DNA from: Shigella phage ESh17
Sequence record: ON528727
DNA: 64,000 nucleotides
Strand: one strand, 5' to 3'
Positions 39,806 to 49,631 of the stretch are shown piece after piece. The notes under the pieces are model-generated. The model saw nothing but the letters and a program-made list of their open reading frames with translations, had not been told where the DNA came from and made no database searches. A program made the position numbers and the translations under genes. Numbering within the stretch: the stretch's first letter is position 1; each line of letters opens with the position of its first letter.

Positions 39806-41504
39806 TTGTGTATTGACCAGATGAAATAGAACTCATAGATGCCATTTTTTCTGTCCAATCACCACCAACGTCCCAATCAACTGTCCCAGCAACTTTCCAA
39901 GAAAGATTTCCATTTACTGTATTAGTTTGATTACCTTCAACTAAAGTGGTAGCATCTCCTTTAACTGTAATGTCAGCATTACCTTCAACTACAATAGTAA
40001 CATTACCTTTAACTAGGATAGTTCCATTACCTTCAACCGTCTTAGTTTCATCGCCACGTACAAATATTGTATTGCTTCCATCGATTTGATGTAAACGATT
40101 ATCCATGTTGTAATAAATTTCTGATCCACCGACGTTAGTCTTTTTATCACCGGCTACCAAAAAATTACCATCAGCATTTGTTATATCATACAAATTATCA
40201 ACAGTTTTTCTTGTTCTTCTTCCTGACGGTGATACTTCTTCATAAGTTCCAGTTGGATGAACTAATCTGTATCGTTCTTGCCCAGGGGTATCATCAAATT
40301 CTTGGATATGTCCACTTTCAGTTTCCATCGTATGCACATAAGGATACTCACCTTTATATGAAGAAACTGGTTCTTTGAATAAAATTCTCGAGTCATTTGG
40401 AATAGGAGGATCAGCAGGGTCAGAAGATTTAGCTACAGTAGCAGCCATTGCAGATAAAGACCTAGCTGGTGTTTTCACTTCAACACCATATGATTCCAAA
40501 TTTCCCGTAAGAATAATCATGGTAACACGGGATGCACGACCCTTTGTTTGTTGATACCACAATGAATCACGACCGGCTTTATACGCTTTTTCCCAATCTC
40601 CTGCTAACATAGCAGTTAACATTGTGTTAAATTTAGCTACACCACCAACACCCATCTGAAATGCCATATTTTCTAACGCCATTTGACGAGAACGGTTGAC
40701 AGCTTGCCAGACTGGTCCTACTTTAGAATGTGATTTAATGTCACGTTGCATATCAGCCAAATCACGCTCAAATAAAGTCGTCGCCTCTTCCATTGTAATA
40801 GAACCTGGGTTTCCAGTAATTTCACGACCAACTTGTTTTGATAAAACTTTATTAATTTGAGCCATATCACGAACTGGCTGCTTCATAATAAGATGACCAA
40901 TACCAATTGTCGGATATCCTTCTGTATCCCAATAAACTTTTAGTCTTAATCCTTCATCACGGCGAAGCATGTCAGCCATTGACATATTTGGATTATCATC
41001 GGTTGGAATTTCTGATAGCGGTCTATCATCGGGATTTATCGCAGTATCTAGATTGCTATCTTGGATAATATTAGAAGACGAATCATATCCTACTTCTCCG
41101 CCTTGGTTTAATACGTTCGTATCATTTCCTAAACGTCTAGGATACTGCCCAGTTGGGTCAGAAAATCCTTCAAGTCTATTCGGTTTTTCGCGAACTATTC
41201 CACCATACGTGCCAAGGACAATTCCGTTAGTTTTCCATTTGTCTAAAAAATGACCATAAACTCTAGTTCCTTCTACCGGACCAGTAACGGAGCCTCCAAT
41301 TCCTGACATTGCTGCAGAAGTTATAGGTTGAATAACTGACATCCATGGTAATTTTTCAGTTGGAATACCCATTACATCACCTTGTGCTCTTTGAGGTGGA
41401 TGCAGACCAACAACACGAACACGAACACGACCTAATTTTAATGGGTCCATTCTATCTTCAACAACACCAACAAACCAATTGAGGTTATTACTTATCATTT
41501 CCAT
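39777..41504 (-). CDS. 5: Baseplate central spike + tail lysozyme gp5
   Basis: 575 aa; internal lysozyme domain DEGLRLKVYWDTEGYPTIGIGHL paralogous to gene e; C-terminal VxGxxxxxx beta-helix repeats. Confidence 0.92.
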   Translation of the reverse strand: MEMISNNLNWFVGVVEDRMDPLKLGRVRVRVVGLHPPQRAQGDVMGIPTEKLPWMSVIQPITSAAMSGIGGSVTGPVEGTRVYGHFLDKWKTNGIVLGTYGGIVREKPNRLEGFSDPTGQYPRRLGNDTNVLNQGGEVGYDSSSNIIQDSNLDTAINPDDRPLSEIPTDDNPNMSMADMLRRDEGLRLKVYWDTEGYPTIGIGHLIMKQPVRDMAQINKVLSKQVGREITGNPGSITMEEATTLFERDLADMQRDIKSHSKVGPVWQAVNRSRQMALENMAFQMGVGGVAKFNTMLTAMLAGDWEKAYKAGRDSLWYQQTKGRASRVTMIILTGNLESYGVEVKTPARSLSAMAATVAKSSDPADPPIPNDSRILFKEPVSSYKGEYPYVHTMETESGHIQEFDDTPGQERYRLVHPTGTYEEVSPSGRRTRKTVDNLYDITNADGNFLVAGDKKTNVGGSEIYYNMDNRLHQIDGSNTIFVRGDETKTVEGNGTILVKGNVTIVVEGNADITVKGDATTLVEGNQTNTVNGNLSWKVAGTVDWDVGGDWTEKMASMSSISSGQYTIDGSRIDIG

Positions 41505-42078
41505 AAGATTTCTCCATTATACGTATAAGGTCGTTCATAAATGAATTGATGTCTGATTTTGCTATTATTTTTATTTGACGAAGTTTTTCATTTTCAAGAA
41601 CAGCAGCTTCATACGTATCGACCGCAGCAAGTGCTCCTTCATATTGAGGATATTTTCTAGCTTTATCGCCTTTGTCATACCAAACATATGGATTATCATC
41701 ATATGATACTAAATTATAAAATTTTTCACCGTTCTCGTTCACGTGATATACTATTTGGTCTCCACCTACGTTTTTGTATTTTTGTATAGATGCTTGATAA
41801 GCAGCTTCTTGCGAAGTAATCCATCCATAATACGGATCATAATTATCATTACACATCAATAAAACCCAATACAGCTGTGGATTTCCATATATAGCATTTG
41901 CTAATTCTTCCGGGCGTGGTGAACCTTTAATATAATAAGTACGTAAGCGGTATCCCGCAAGAGCGCGTTTAAAATAGTCTTTATAGTTTCTAAAAATATC
42001 TGTCATAGGAATAGTCGGCGCGTTTTTATTCACCGTTTTGGCCGCATATTCAATCGGATCAAAAAATGTAAAGAGCAT
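41488..42078 (-). CDS. 53: Baseplate wedge protein gp53
   Basis: 196 aa, T4 gp53 size; divergent late promoter. Confidence 0.88.
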   Translation of the reverse strand: MLFTFFDPIEYAAKTVNKNAPTIPMTDIFRNYKDYFKRALAGYRLRTYYIKGSPRPEELANAIYGNPQLYWVLLMCNDNYDPYYGWITSQEAAYQASIQKYKNVGGDQIVYHVNENGEKFYNLVSYDDNPYVWYDKGDKARKYPQYEGALAAVDTYEAAVLENEKLRQIKIIAKSDINSFMNDLIRIMEKSYGNDK

Positions 42079-42091
42079 GGGCCCTCCTGTT

Positions 42092-42099
42092 TATAAATA
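42092..42099 (+). promoter_or_regulatory. Late promoter TATAAATA for gene 4
   Basis: Exact TATAAATA 27 bp upstream of ATG 42126. Confidence 0.6.
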
Positions 42100-42106
42100 T
42101 ATTATC

Positions 42107-42114
42107 TATTTATA
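42107..42114 (-). promoter_or_regulatory. Late promoter (minus strand) for gene 53
   Basis: TATTTATA on plus strand 29 bp upstream of gene 53 start; divergent pair with the gene 4 promoter. Confidence 0.55.
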
Positions 42115-42125
42115 AGGAGAATCCA

Positions 42126-42578
42126 ATGGCATATTCTGGAAAATGGGTTCCTAAAAATATATCAAAGTATAGAGGTGACCCTAAAAAAATTACGTATAGA
42201 TCAAATTGGGAAAAATTCTTTTTTGAATGGTTAGATAAAAATCCAGAAATTATTGCATGGGGTAGTGAAACAGCAGTAATTCCTTATTTTTGTAATGCAG
42301 AAGGGAAAAAACGTAGATACTTCATGGATATTTGGATGAAAGATTCTTCTGGACAAGAATTTTTTATTGAAATAAAACCTAAAAAAGAAACACAACCACC
42401 AGTTAAACCAGCACATCTAACAACCGCAGCGAAGAAAAGATTTATGAATGAAATTTATACATATTCTGTTAATACTGACAAATGGAAAGCAGCACAGTCT
42501 TTAGCTGAAAAGCGTGGAATAAAATTTAGAATTCTAACAGAAGATGGATTACGAGCTCTTGGCTTTAAGGGGGCATAA
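42126..42578 (+). CDS. 4: Head completion protein gp4
   Basis: 150 aa, T4 gp4 size; TATAAATA at 42092-42099. Confidence 0.85.
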   Translation: MAYSGKWVPKNISKYRGDPKKITYRSNWEKFFFEWLDKNPEIIAWGSETAVIPYFCNAEGKKRRYFMDIWMKDSSGQEFFIEIKPKKETQPPVKPAHLTTAAKKRFMNEIYTYSVNTDKWKAAQSLAEKRGIKFRILTEDGLRALGFKGA

Positions 42579-43402
42579 TGGCTATTTTTCAAATAATTAA
42601 TGAAAGCACTCCCCAAGTTCCAAAGGTTAAGCAATCATTAAACGAAAAGAAATGGATTCAAATAGGTCTTGAATATAAAAAGGCCAAAGCAAAAGGAATG
42701 ACAGGAAAACAATTTGCTGAAGAAAGAGGAATCAAATACTCTACGTTTACTTCGGCAATGTCAAAATATGCTTCAGGAATTAAAACGGCTGAAAAGATTC
42801 AAAAGCTTGAATCAAAACCAATGAATAAACTCAATAAGCAAGAAAGACAACTGCTTATGATAAATTCATTCAGGCAAACATTGCGTGATAAAATTCGTAA
42901 TGAAGGCGCAGCAATTAATAATAAAACCAGAAAGTGGTTTGCTGAAACTATTAAGCAAGTAAAAGGACATAAAGTTGTTCGCCCGCAGCCGGGACGAATA
43001 TATGCTTTTGCTTATGATGCTAAACACAAGGAAACTCTTCCTTACTGGGATAAATTTCCTTTGATAATTTACCTTGGTTTAGGTAAGCATAATTTAATGT
43101 ACGGATTAAACTTGCACTATATTCCACCTAAAGCTCGTCAGCAATTTCTAGAAGAGCTTTTAAAGCAATATTCAAATACACCTACTATTACTAATAAAAC
43201 GAAATTAAAAATTGATTGGAGTCAAGTGAAAGGATTTAGGGGTGCAGACCAAATGATTAAGGCATATATACCTGGTAATATTATGGGTAGCCTTGTTGAA
43301 ATCGCCCCGAAAGATTGGGCGAACGTTGTGTTGATGCCACTTCAGCAGTTCGTTTCAAAAGGAAAACGTTTCTCTGCAAACAAAGTCTGGTCAAATATCT
43401 AA
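42578..43402 (+). CDS. 2: DNA end protector protein gp2
   Basis: 274 aa, T4 gp2 size; ATGA overlap with gene 4. Confidence 0.85.
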   Translation: MAIFQIINESTPQVPKVKQSLNEKKWIQIGLEYKKAKAKGMTGKQFAEERGIKYSTFTSAMSKYASGIKTAEKIQKLESKPMNKLNKQERQLLMINSFRQTLRDKIRNEGAAINNKTRKWFAETIKQVKGHKVVRPQPGRIYAFAYDAKHKETLPYWDKFPLIIYLGLGKHNLMYGLNLHYIPPKARQQFLEELLKQYSNTPTITNKTKLKIDWSQVKGFRGADQMIKAYIPGNIMGSLVEIAPKDWANVVLMPLQQFVSKGKRFSANKVWSNI

Positions 43403-43508
43403 TTCTATTATCTTCCATTCTTTTCTGTTGTTTGTTCTAAATGGAATTGAATGGAAGGGACTTAGACCCATTATACCACCAACAGTTATAAAGCATTATG
43501 AGGAATAT

Positions 43509-44039
43509 ATGTCGCAAGCTCTGCAACAAATTTTTAACCAAGCAAATACAACTAACTTTGTAGTATCAATACCACATAGTAATACTACATCTGCTTTTAC
43601 TTTAAATGCTCAGTCAGTTCCTATTCCAGGAATTAGAATACCTGTTACTGATACCGTGACTGGGCCGTTTGGACTGGGCCGAGCACAACGTCCAGGTGTT
43701 ACATTCGAGTATGATCCACTCATTGTGAGATTTATAGTTGATGAAGAACTTAAGTCGTGGATAGGAATGTATGAATGGATGCTAGGAACTAGCAACTATC
43801 TTACAGGTGAAAATACTGCTCAAAAAACAGGTCCTGAATACATTACGCTTTACATCTTAGATAATAGCAAAACTGAAATCGTGATGTCAATAAATTTTTA
43901 TAAGCCTTGGGTTTCTGACCTGTCTGAAGTAGAATTTAGCTACACAGAAGATTCAGACCCGGCTTTAGTATGTACTGCAACGATTCCTTACACCTATTTT
44001 CAAGTAGAAAAAGATGGTAAAATTATAGCAGAAGTTTAA
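43509..44039 (+). CDS. 3: Tail tube terminator / tail completion gp3
   Basis: ORF track 203 aa; ATG at 43509 with RBS AGGAA gives 176 aa (T4 gp3 size). Confidence 0.8.
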   Translation: MSQALQQIFNQANTTNFVVSIPHSNTTSAFTLNAQSVPIPGIRIPVTDTVTGPFGLGRAQRPGVTFEYDPLIVRFIVDEELKSWIGMYEWMLGTSNYLTGENTAQKTGPEYITLYILDNSKTEIVMSINFYKPWVSDLSEVEFSYTEDSDPALVCTATIPYTYFQVEKDGKIIAEV

Positions 44040-44088
44040 TGCTTCAGTTTTGTGTGTTATAATCTTAATTAAATTTGAGGAGAAACAC

Positions 44089-44813
44089 ATGAAACTAATC
44101 TTTTTAAGCGGTGTAAAGCGTAGTGGAAAAGATACTACTGCAGATTTTATCATGAATAATTATTCTGCAGTTAAATATCAACTTGCTGGTCCTATTAAAG
44201 ATGCATTAGCTTATGCATGGGGCGTATTTGCAGAAAACACTGACTATCCTTGCTTAACTCGTAAAGAGTTTGAAGGAATTGACTATGATCGTGAGACTAA
44301 TTTAAATCTGACTAAATCAGAAGTAATCACGATTATGGAACAAGCATTTTGCTATCTTAATGGTAAAAGCCCAATTAAGGGTGTGTTTGTTTTTGATGAC
44401 GAAGGACAAGAATCAGTTAATTCCGTAGCATTTAACAAGATTATTGACGTTATAAATAATATTGAAGATCAATGGTCAGTCCGTCGTCTGATGCAAGCCC
44501 TAGGTACGGATTTGATTGTTAATAACTTCGACCGCATGTATTGGGTAAAATTATTTGCTTTAGATTATCTTGATAAATTTAACTCAGGTTATGATTATTA
44601 TATCGTTCCTGATACTCGTCAAGATCATGAAATGGATGCGGCTAGGGCGATGGGTGCTACAGTAATTCATGTAGTTCGTCCTGGTCAAAAATCCAATGAT
44701 ACACATATTACAGAAGCTGGATTGCCAATTCGTGATGGTGATTTAGTAATTACAAACGATGGTTCTCTTGAAGAACTTTTTTCTAAAATTAAAAATACAC
44801 TAAAGGTACTATA

Positions 44814-44814
<1 letters not shown>
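44089..44814 (+). CDS. 1: Deoxynucleoside monophosphate kinase gp1
   Basis: ORF track 254 aa; ATG at 44089 after GAGGAG gives 241 aa (T4 gp1 size); P-loop GVKRSGKDT. Confidence 0.88.
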
Positions 44815-45523
<709 letters not shown>

Positions 45524-45530
<7 letters not shown>

Positions 45531-45553
45531 CGCTGATGAGGTAGTGATACTAT
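45524..45553 (+). promoter_or_regulatory. T4-type early promoter (GTTTAC -35, TGaTACTAT extended -10)
   Basis: GTTTAC at 45524-45529, 18 bp spacer, TACTAT at 45548-45553; drives IP-like gene. Confidence 0.6.
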
Positions 45554-45583
45554 TATCTCATCAAAATTAATTAGGAAAATAAA

Positions 45584-45841
45584 ATGAAAACTTTCAAAGA
45601 GTTTGCTACAAAAACTACTATCACCGAATCTTCCCACGGTATGGAAGTAAAGCTTGGAATGGCTTTAGCTGAAGCTGAGCGTCTTTTCTCTCGTATTAAA
45701 GAACTTGCTGCTGCAGTCGATCCTTCATCTTTTAAAGGAGACCAAACTAAAGTTAAAGCGCTTTTAGCATTATGCTCTGATGCAGGCGAAATCGCTAAGA
45801 ACGGTTCTAAGATGAAGAAACGATTAGAAGATTTAAAATAA
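45584..45841 (+). CDS. Internal (capsid-injected) protein, IPI-like, with capsid targeting sequence
   Basis: 85 aa; N-terminus MKTFKEFATKTTITE matches T4 CTS MKT(Y/F)xEF with I-x-E cleavage motif; own early promoter. Confidence 0.6.
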   Translation: MKTFKEFATKTTITESSHGMEVKLGMALAEAERLFSRIKELAAAVDPSSFKGDQTKVKALLALCSDAGEIAKNGSKMKKRLEDLK

Positions 45842-45860
45842 TTTCACAAAGTTGTTTACA
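45831..45860 (+). repeat. Repeated stop+promoter cassette, copy 2
   Basis: See copy 1. Confidence 0.7.
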
Positions 45861-45883
45861 TAGGGTTTTAGTTGTGATACTAT
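45854..45883 (+). promoter_or_regulatory. T4-type early promoter
   Basis: GTTTAC 45854-45859, TGaTACTAT -10 45878-45883; same module as 45524. Confidence 0.6.
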
Positions 45884-45911
45884 TACCCTATCAACTACTG
45901 AGGAGAATAAA

Positions 45912-46097
45912 ATGAAACGTTGTGAATTAATTCGAAATGTTGCTATTGCAATTTCTGCTTCCGCTTTTAGTTTTTCAATGTTTGTTGGATTTATATGCGG
46001 ATTATTAACTACAGCAGAAAATGTGTTTTCGCTTGTAGTAGCATTTTTAATTGGTTTAATCGCTATCGTTATGGATAAAATTTCTAAAGGTGAATAA
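45912..46097 (+). CDS. Small hydrophobic membrane protein
   Basis: 61 aa ORF, two predicted TM stretches; early promoter upstream. Confidence 0.55.
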   Translation: MKRCELIRNVAIAISASAFSFSMFVGFICGLLTTAENVFSLVVAFLIGLIAIVMDKISKGE

Positions 46098-46508
46098 ATG
46101 AGTATTAACGAATATTATGTTTATGCCGGGGATTATGCAAATCCTTCTCATTTTGAAGGTAATTTAATACCTGATAAAGTTTTTAATACTCCTTTTGAAG
46201 CGTGGAGTTGGATTGAAAGTAAAAATGGATTTTCTTACCGTTATGTTGAAGTAACTGATTGGAGAGGAACTAAATATCCTAAAGACCATTATTACGTAAA
46301 TCCATCTAAGGTAAATTTTCTTTTATTCGCAGGTGATAATTATTATCCTTGCGGTGGATATGATGATTTAATTGCGTATGCTGAAACAGAAGATAAGCTG
46401 CGTGATATCATTAAAGAAAATGAAAATAAACTAGATTATGGTTCCAATCGTTTCGACTGGTGGCAAATCGTAAATGCCCATACTCATGCTATCGTTGATA
46501 GAGGCTGA
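46098..46508 (+). CDS. Hypothetical protein (ORFan)
   Basis: 136 aa ORF, overlapping stop/start with previous gene. Confidence 0.6.
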   Translation: MSINEYYVYAGDYANPSHFEGNLIPDKVFNTPFEAWSWIESKNGFSYRYVEVTDWRGTKYPKDHYYVNPSKVNFLLFAGDNYYPCGGYDDLIAYAETEDKLRDIIKENENKLDYGSNRFDWWQIVNAHTHAIVDRG

Positions 46509-46533
46509 CAATGATTCTTTATGCTAAAGTACT
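46507..46533 (+). repeat. Duplicated gene-start module AATGATTCTTTATGCnAAAGTA, copy 1 (truncated 15-codon ORF)
   Basis: Matches 46963-46989 with 1-2 mismatches; copy 1 reading frame stops after MILYAKVLPYRNDIA. Confidence 0.6.
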
Positions 46534-46582
46534 ACCTTATAGGAATGATATTGCTTAAATTAATATTGAGGTAGCTGAGACT

Positions 46583-46963
46583 ATGAAATTAATTAAATCG
46601 GGTGGAACCAGATGGGTACTACTAACACGTAAGTATGCTATTAAGTTCCCTATCCCCAAGACATGGAAACACTTCGTGCAGGGTATGCTCAGCAATCTTA
46701 CAGAAGGTCAGTGGAAGGGGTATGATAACAAGCACCTATGCCCGATAGCATACTCAAACAGATTTGGTCTCATGGTTGTGATGCACAAAGCAGAGCCAGT
46801 TGAGGATAAGGAGCTTTTTAAATCTGATTTGCAAAAGCTCTATAATGATGTTGATGGTGATGAATGTAGAACGCTTGACCGTGATTTCTTTGAGTATGAT
46901 GCCTTTCCAAAGAACTTTGGCTACTACAAAGGTAGATTGGTCAAGATAGACTACGGAGTGTGA
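46583..46963 (+). CDS. Hypothetical protein (ORFan)
   Basis: 126 aa ORF with RBS GAGGTAG. Confidence 0.6.
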   Translation: MKLIKSGGTRWVLLTRKYAIKFPIPKTWKHFVQGMLSNLTEGQWKGYDNKHLCPIAYSNRFGLMVVMHKAEPVEDKELFKSDLQKLYNDVDGDECRTLDRDFFEYDAFPKNFGYYKGRLVKIDYGV

Positions 46964-46989
46964 TAATGATTCTTTATGCAAAAGTATCA
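46963..46989 (+). repeat. Duplicated gene-start module, copy 2 (start of 97-aa ORF)
   Basis: See copy 1. Confidence 0.6.
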
Positions 46990-47259
46990 TCCATTGAAAA
47001 TGGATATAAATATGATCAAGACGCGGCTAAAGCCTTGATCGATGATTATGGCGTTTTAACGTGTTTTGAAGTTGAAAAGGTTTATGTTGACCGTTCATCT
47101 TCTCAAGTTAAATTAGTGAAGGAAGACCGTAAATTTAATACAGTAAATTTTGATTTCTTTATTGAAACGGAAAAAGGTCCTCTTGAATATGATATTTTCA
47201 AGAATCCTTTGGGTCTTGAATGTATTGAATATACTTACATTAATATGGTGAGCAAATGA
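46966..47259 (+). CDS. Hypothetical protein (ORFan)
   Basis: 97 aa from ATG at 46966 (track starts at GTG 46960); N-terminal module duplicated at 46511. Confidence 0.55.
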   Translation: MILYAKVSSIENGYKYDQDAAKALIDDYGVLTCFEVEKVYVDRSSSQVKLVKEDRKFNTVNFDFFIETEKGPLEYDIFKNPLGLECIEYTYINMVSK

Positions 47260-47771
47260 ATATTTGTTTAGGTACTACAATTCCGCAGGGTTATGTGATT
47301 GATGTAACTACATGGGAAAATGACGGTGACAACTATAAAACCAAAACATTGTTTGGTGTAGAAGAGAATGAAATCTTACAATTCCAATATCTTTTAAAGA
47401 AGTTTAAAAGTAGACATTCTAGCACAAAAGTTGAACGTTATTGCGGTAATGGCTTGTTCAGCGAGCAATCGCTTTTTATCTATGAATACTTGGTTGAAGG
47501 ACTGTTCTCAGACCAGCTTTATCCAGAATTCATTAAAAAGGTCTTTGATATAGAAGTTGACCTTGGTAATAAATCTGAAGAAGATGAAGAACGTGTATTT
47601 GACTTATTCTTTGTGAATGGTAATAAAGTGCTTGAAGGACTTATTAATATTTTAGGCAGTGCTTCTGAATATTATGATTATGATTTTCTGCGCGTAGTTG
47701 AGAGTGTTAAATACTCTTATATAGAAAAAGAAATTGTTTTGCCGACTGTTAAAATGTTTAATTTGCTTTAA
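47256..47771 (+). CDS. Hypothetical protein (ORFan)
   Basis: 171 aa ORF, ATGA overlap with previous. Confidence 0.6.
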   Translation: MNICLGTTIPQGYVIDVTTWENDGDNYKTKTLFGVEENEILQFQYLLKKFKSRHSSTKVERYCGNGLFSEQSLFIYEYLVEGLFSDQLYPEFIKKVFDIEVDLGNKSEEDEERVFDLFFVNGNKVLEGLINILGSASEYYDYDFLRVVESVKYSYIEKEIVLPTVKMFNLL

Positions 47772-47832
47772 GAATTATTTGTTATTATTAACTCATACCG
47801 CACTGATTAATACCCTCTATCATCAAGGGTTC

Positions 47833-47856
47833 TTGCTTGAGAGCCTTTGTTAATAA
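47833..47856 (+). promoter_or_regulatory. Possible middle promoter for tRNA cluster
   Basis: TTGCTTGA MotA-box-like at 47833-47840 with TAATAA 11 bp downstream; weak. Confidence 0.3.
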
Positions 47857-47857
47857 T

Positions 47858-47930
47858 TGGGAATTAGCCAAGTTGGTAAGGCACTGGATTTTGATTCCAG
47901 GATGCAAAGGTTCGAGTCCTTTATTCCCAG
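47858..47930 (+). tRNA. tRNA-Gln (anticodon UUG)
   Basis: Cloverleaf by hand: acceptor TGGGAAT/ATTCCCA, anticodon loop TTTTGAT, T-arm GGTTCGAGTCC. Confidence 0.8.
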
Positions 47931-47931
47931 C

Positions 47932-48018
47932 GCGAGAATGGTCAAATTGGTAAAGGCACAGCACTTAAAATGCTGCGGAATGATTTCCTTGTGGGTTCGA
48001 GTCCCACTTCTCGCACCA
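47932..48018 (+). tRNA. tRNA-Leu (anticodon UAA), class II with long variable arm, encoded CCA
   Basis: Acceptor GCGAGAA/TTCTCGC, anticodon loop CTTAAAA, T-arm GGTTCGAGTCC. Confidence 0.8.
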
Positions 48019-48023
48019 AATTT

Positions 48024-48097
<74 letters not shown>

Positions 48098-48107
48098 ATT
48101 TAATTTA

Positions 48108-48181
48108 CTCCGTGTAGCTCAGTTTGGTAGAGCGCCTGATTTGGGATCAGGAGGTCCAAGGTTCAAATCCTTGTATGGAGA
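48108..48181 (+). tRNA. tRNA-Pro (anticodon UGG)
   Basis: D-arm TAGCTCAGTTTGGTAGAGC, anticodon loop TTTGGGA, T-arm GGTTCAAATCC; acceptor with two G-U pairs. Confidence 0.7.
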
Positions 48182-48183
48182 CT

Positions 48184-48273
48184 GGAGGCGTGGCAGAGTG
48201 GTTTAATGCACCGGTCTTGAAAACCGGCAGTCGCTCCGGCGACTCATAGGTTCAAATCCTATCGCCTCCGCCA
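48184..48273 (+). tRNA. tRNA-Ser (anticodon UGA), class II
   Basis: Acceptor GGAGGCG/CGCCTCC, anticodon loop CTTGAAA, long variable arm, T-arm GGTTCAAATCC. Confidence 0.8.
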
Positions 48274-48279
48274 GTTTTT

Positions 48280-48355
48280 GCTGATTTAGCTCAGTAGGTA
48301 GAGCAACTCACTTGTAATGAGAAGGTCGGCGGTTCGATTCCGTCAATCAGCACCA
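48280..48355 (+). tRNA. tRNA-Thr (anticodon UGU)
   Basis: Acceptor GCTGATT/AATCAGC, anticodon loop CTTGTAA, T-arm GGTTCGATTCC. Confidence 0.8.
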
Positions 48356-48356
48356 A

Positions 48357-48431
48357 GGCCCTGTAGCTGGAAGGTTCAAGCAAGCGACTCATAATCGCCA
48401 GATGGTGGTTCAATTCCACCCAGGGCCACCA
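48357..48431 (+). tRNA. tRNA-Ile (anticodon CAU, presumably lysidine-modified; could be read as Met)
   Basis: Acceptor GGCCCTG/CAGGGCC, anticodon loop CTCATAA, T-arm GGTTCAATTCC. Confidence 0.65.
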
Positions 48432-48443
48432 AATTATGAATTA

Positions 48444-48530
48444 GGGGAGTTATCCCGTAGAGGTAGCGGTGTGGACTGTAAATCCATTGTCATTGCGACT
48501 CGGGTGGTTCGACTCCATCACTCCCCACCA
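48444..48530 (+). tRNA. tRNA-Tyr (anticodon GUA), class II
   Basis: Acceptor GGGGAGT/ACTCCCC, anticodon loop CTGTAAA, long variable arm, T-arm GGTTCGACTCC. Confidence 0.6.
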
Positions 48531-48534
48531 ATTT

Positions 48535-48609
48535 GGATGTGTAGCTCAGTGGTAGAGCAGTTGACTGTTAATCAATTGGTCCATGGTTCGAATCCATGCA
48601 TGTCCGCCA
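48535..48609 (+). tRNA. tRNA-Asn (anticodon GUU)
   Basis: D-arm TAGCTCAGTGGTAGAGC, anticodon loop CTGTTAA, T-arm GGTTCGAATCC. Confidence 0.7.
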
Positions 48610-48723
48610 AATTTGTGACAACTGTCACATTAATATCTACTTGACGCGATTATAAGGGTTGAACTGATCACTCTTCTCTTAATTTCGTGTGAAGACATCT
48701 TGATTGTTGGAGTAGGTATTAAT

Positions 48724-48799
48724 GTGGCCGTAGTTCAGTTGGTAGAACTCGAGATTGTGATTCTCGTAGTCATGGGTTCGACTCCCATCGGTCACCCCA
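48724..48799 (+). tRNA. tRNA-His (anticodon GUG)
   Basis: D-arm TAGTTCAGTTGGTAGAAC, anticodon loop TTGTGAT, T-arm GGTTCGACTCC, discriminator C; no encoded G-1. Confidence 0.65.
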
Positions 48800-48803
48800 A
48801 TTA

Positions 48804-48879
48804 CGGGGCATAGCTCAGAAGGAAGAGCAAGGACCTTCTAAGTCCTAGGTCGTAGGTTCGATCCCTACTGCCTCGACCA
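48804..48879 (+). tRNA. tRNA-Arg (anticodon UCU)
   Basis: Acceptor CGGGGCA/TGCCTCG, anticodon loop CTTCTAA, T-arm GGTTCGATCCC. Confidence 0.8.
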
Positions 48880-48897
48880 ATTATAAGTGAGGAAAAT

Positions 48898-49248
48898 ATG
48901 AAAGGTAATGTTTATTTAGTAGTTCATGATTTAACATTCTATTTTAATCATAATGATACTGTTATTTCTGAACGTGTAATTAATTTACTTTATCAGCATG
49001 CAGATTATGTTTATGTTGAAAATGAATTTGGCCATTGGCAATTTCTCAAAAATCGTTCATTTGGTTTAGATGGTTACGAATACTTTGATCGTAAAGACCT
49101 TTTAGATACAATTCCATTATCTACACAATATCAAAATCATAAGTCTTTACATAAATGCCGGCTAATTCGAAATGCTGAATCTGCGTATGAAGCAATTGAT
49201 TTATGGCGTAAACGCCGTGAACAAATTGATGCTTTAAAAGAATATTAA
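48898..49248 (+). CDS. Hypothetical protein between tRNA cluster and structured RNA locus
   Basis: 116 aa ORF with RBS GAGGAAAAT. Confidence 0.6.
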   Translation: MKGNVYLVVHDLTFYFNHNDTVISERVINLLYQHADYVYVENEFGHWQFLKNRSFGLDGYEYFDRKDLLDTIPLSTQYQNHKSLHKCRLIRNAESAYEAIDLWRKRREQIDALKEY

Positions 49249-49254
49249 GAAACC

Positions 49255-49558
49255 GGGTCGCTACCGGTAAGTCGTCGGACTGATGTTCCCTGAGTAAGGA
49301 ATTGCGTTAATAATCTTTGCGTTTATTGATGCCCTCTTACATCACAGCAGAAACGGCGCACCGAATTATCGATTCGAGGAAATATCTTTGCCGTAAGCCG
49401 AGTAGCGTTTTTGACGGAACGTTCGGATATGGTCGAGATATGGCCTTTTAAAAATATTGAGTAGCGTCAACTGCTTAATAACCGGGTTCGAATCCCGGCG
49501 TTTCGTACAAACACTTGCCTTAGCAGGTGGAACCCCGACAAGGTTGCCGCAAGGCTTA
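49255..49558 (+). ncRNA. GC-rich ORF-free structured RNA locus (candidate T4 rnaC/rnaD-like stable RNAs)
   Basis: About 300 nt without ORF, GC-rich relative to flanks; tRNA-like T-arm CCGGGTTCGAATCCCGG at 49482-49498; ends in strong terminator. Confidence 0.45.
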
Positions 49559-49585
49559 GCCCCAGCCGAAAGGTTGGGGCTTTTT
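49559..49585 (+). terminator. Rho-independent terminator, copy 1
   Basis: GCCCCAGCC-GAAA-GGTTGGGGC hairpin + TTTTT. Confidence 0.7.
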
Positions 49586-49631
49586 AGTATAAATAAGTAT
49601 ATTAAATCTACAAATTAAAACAGGAAATAAG

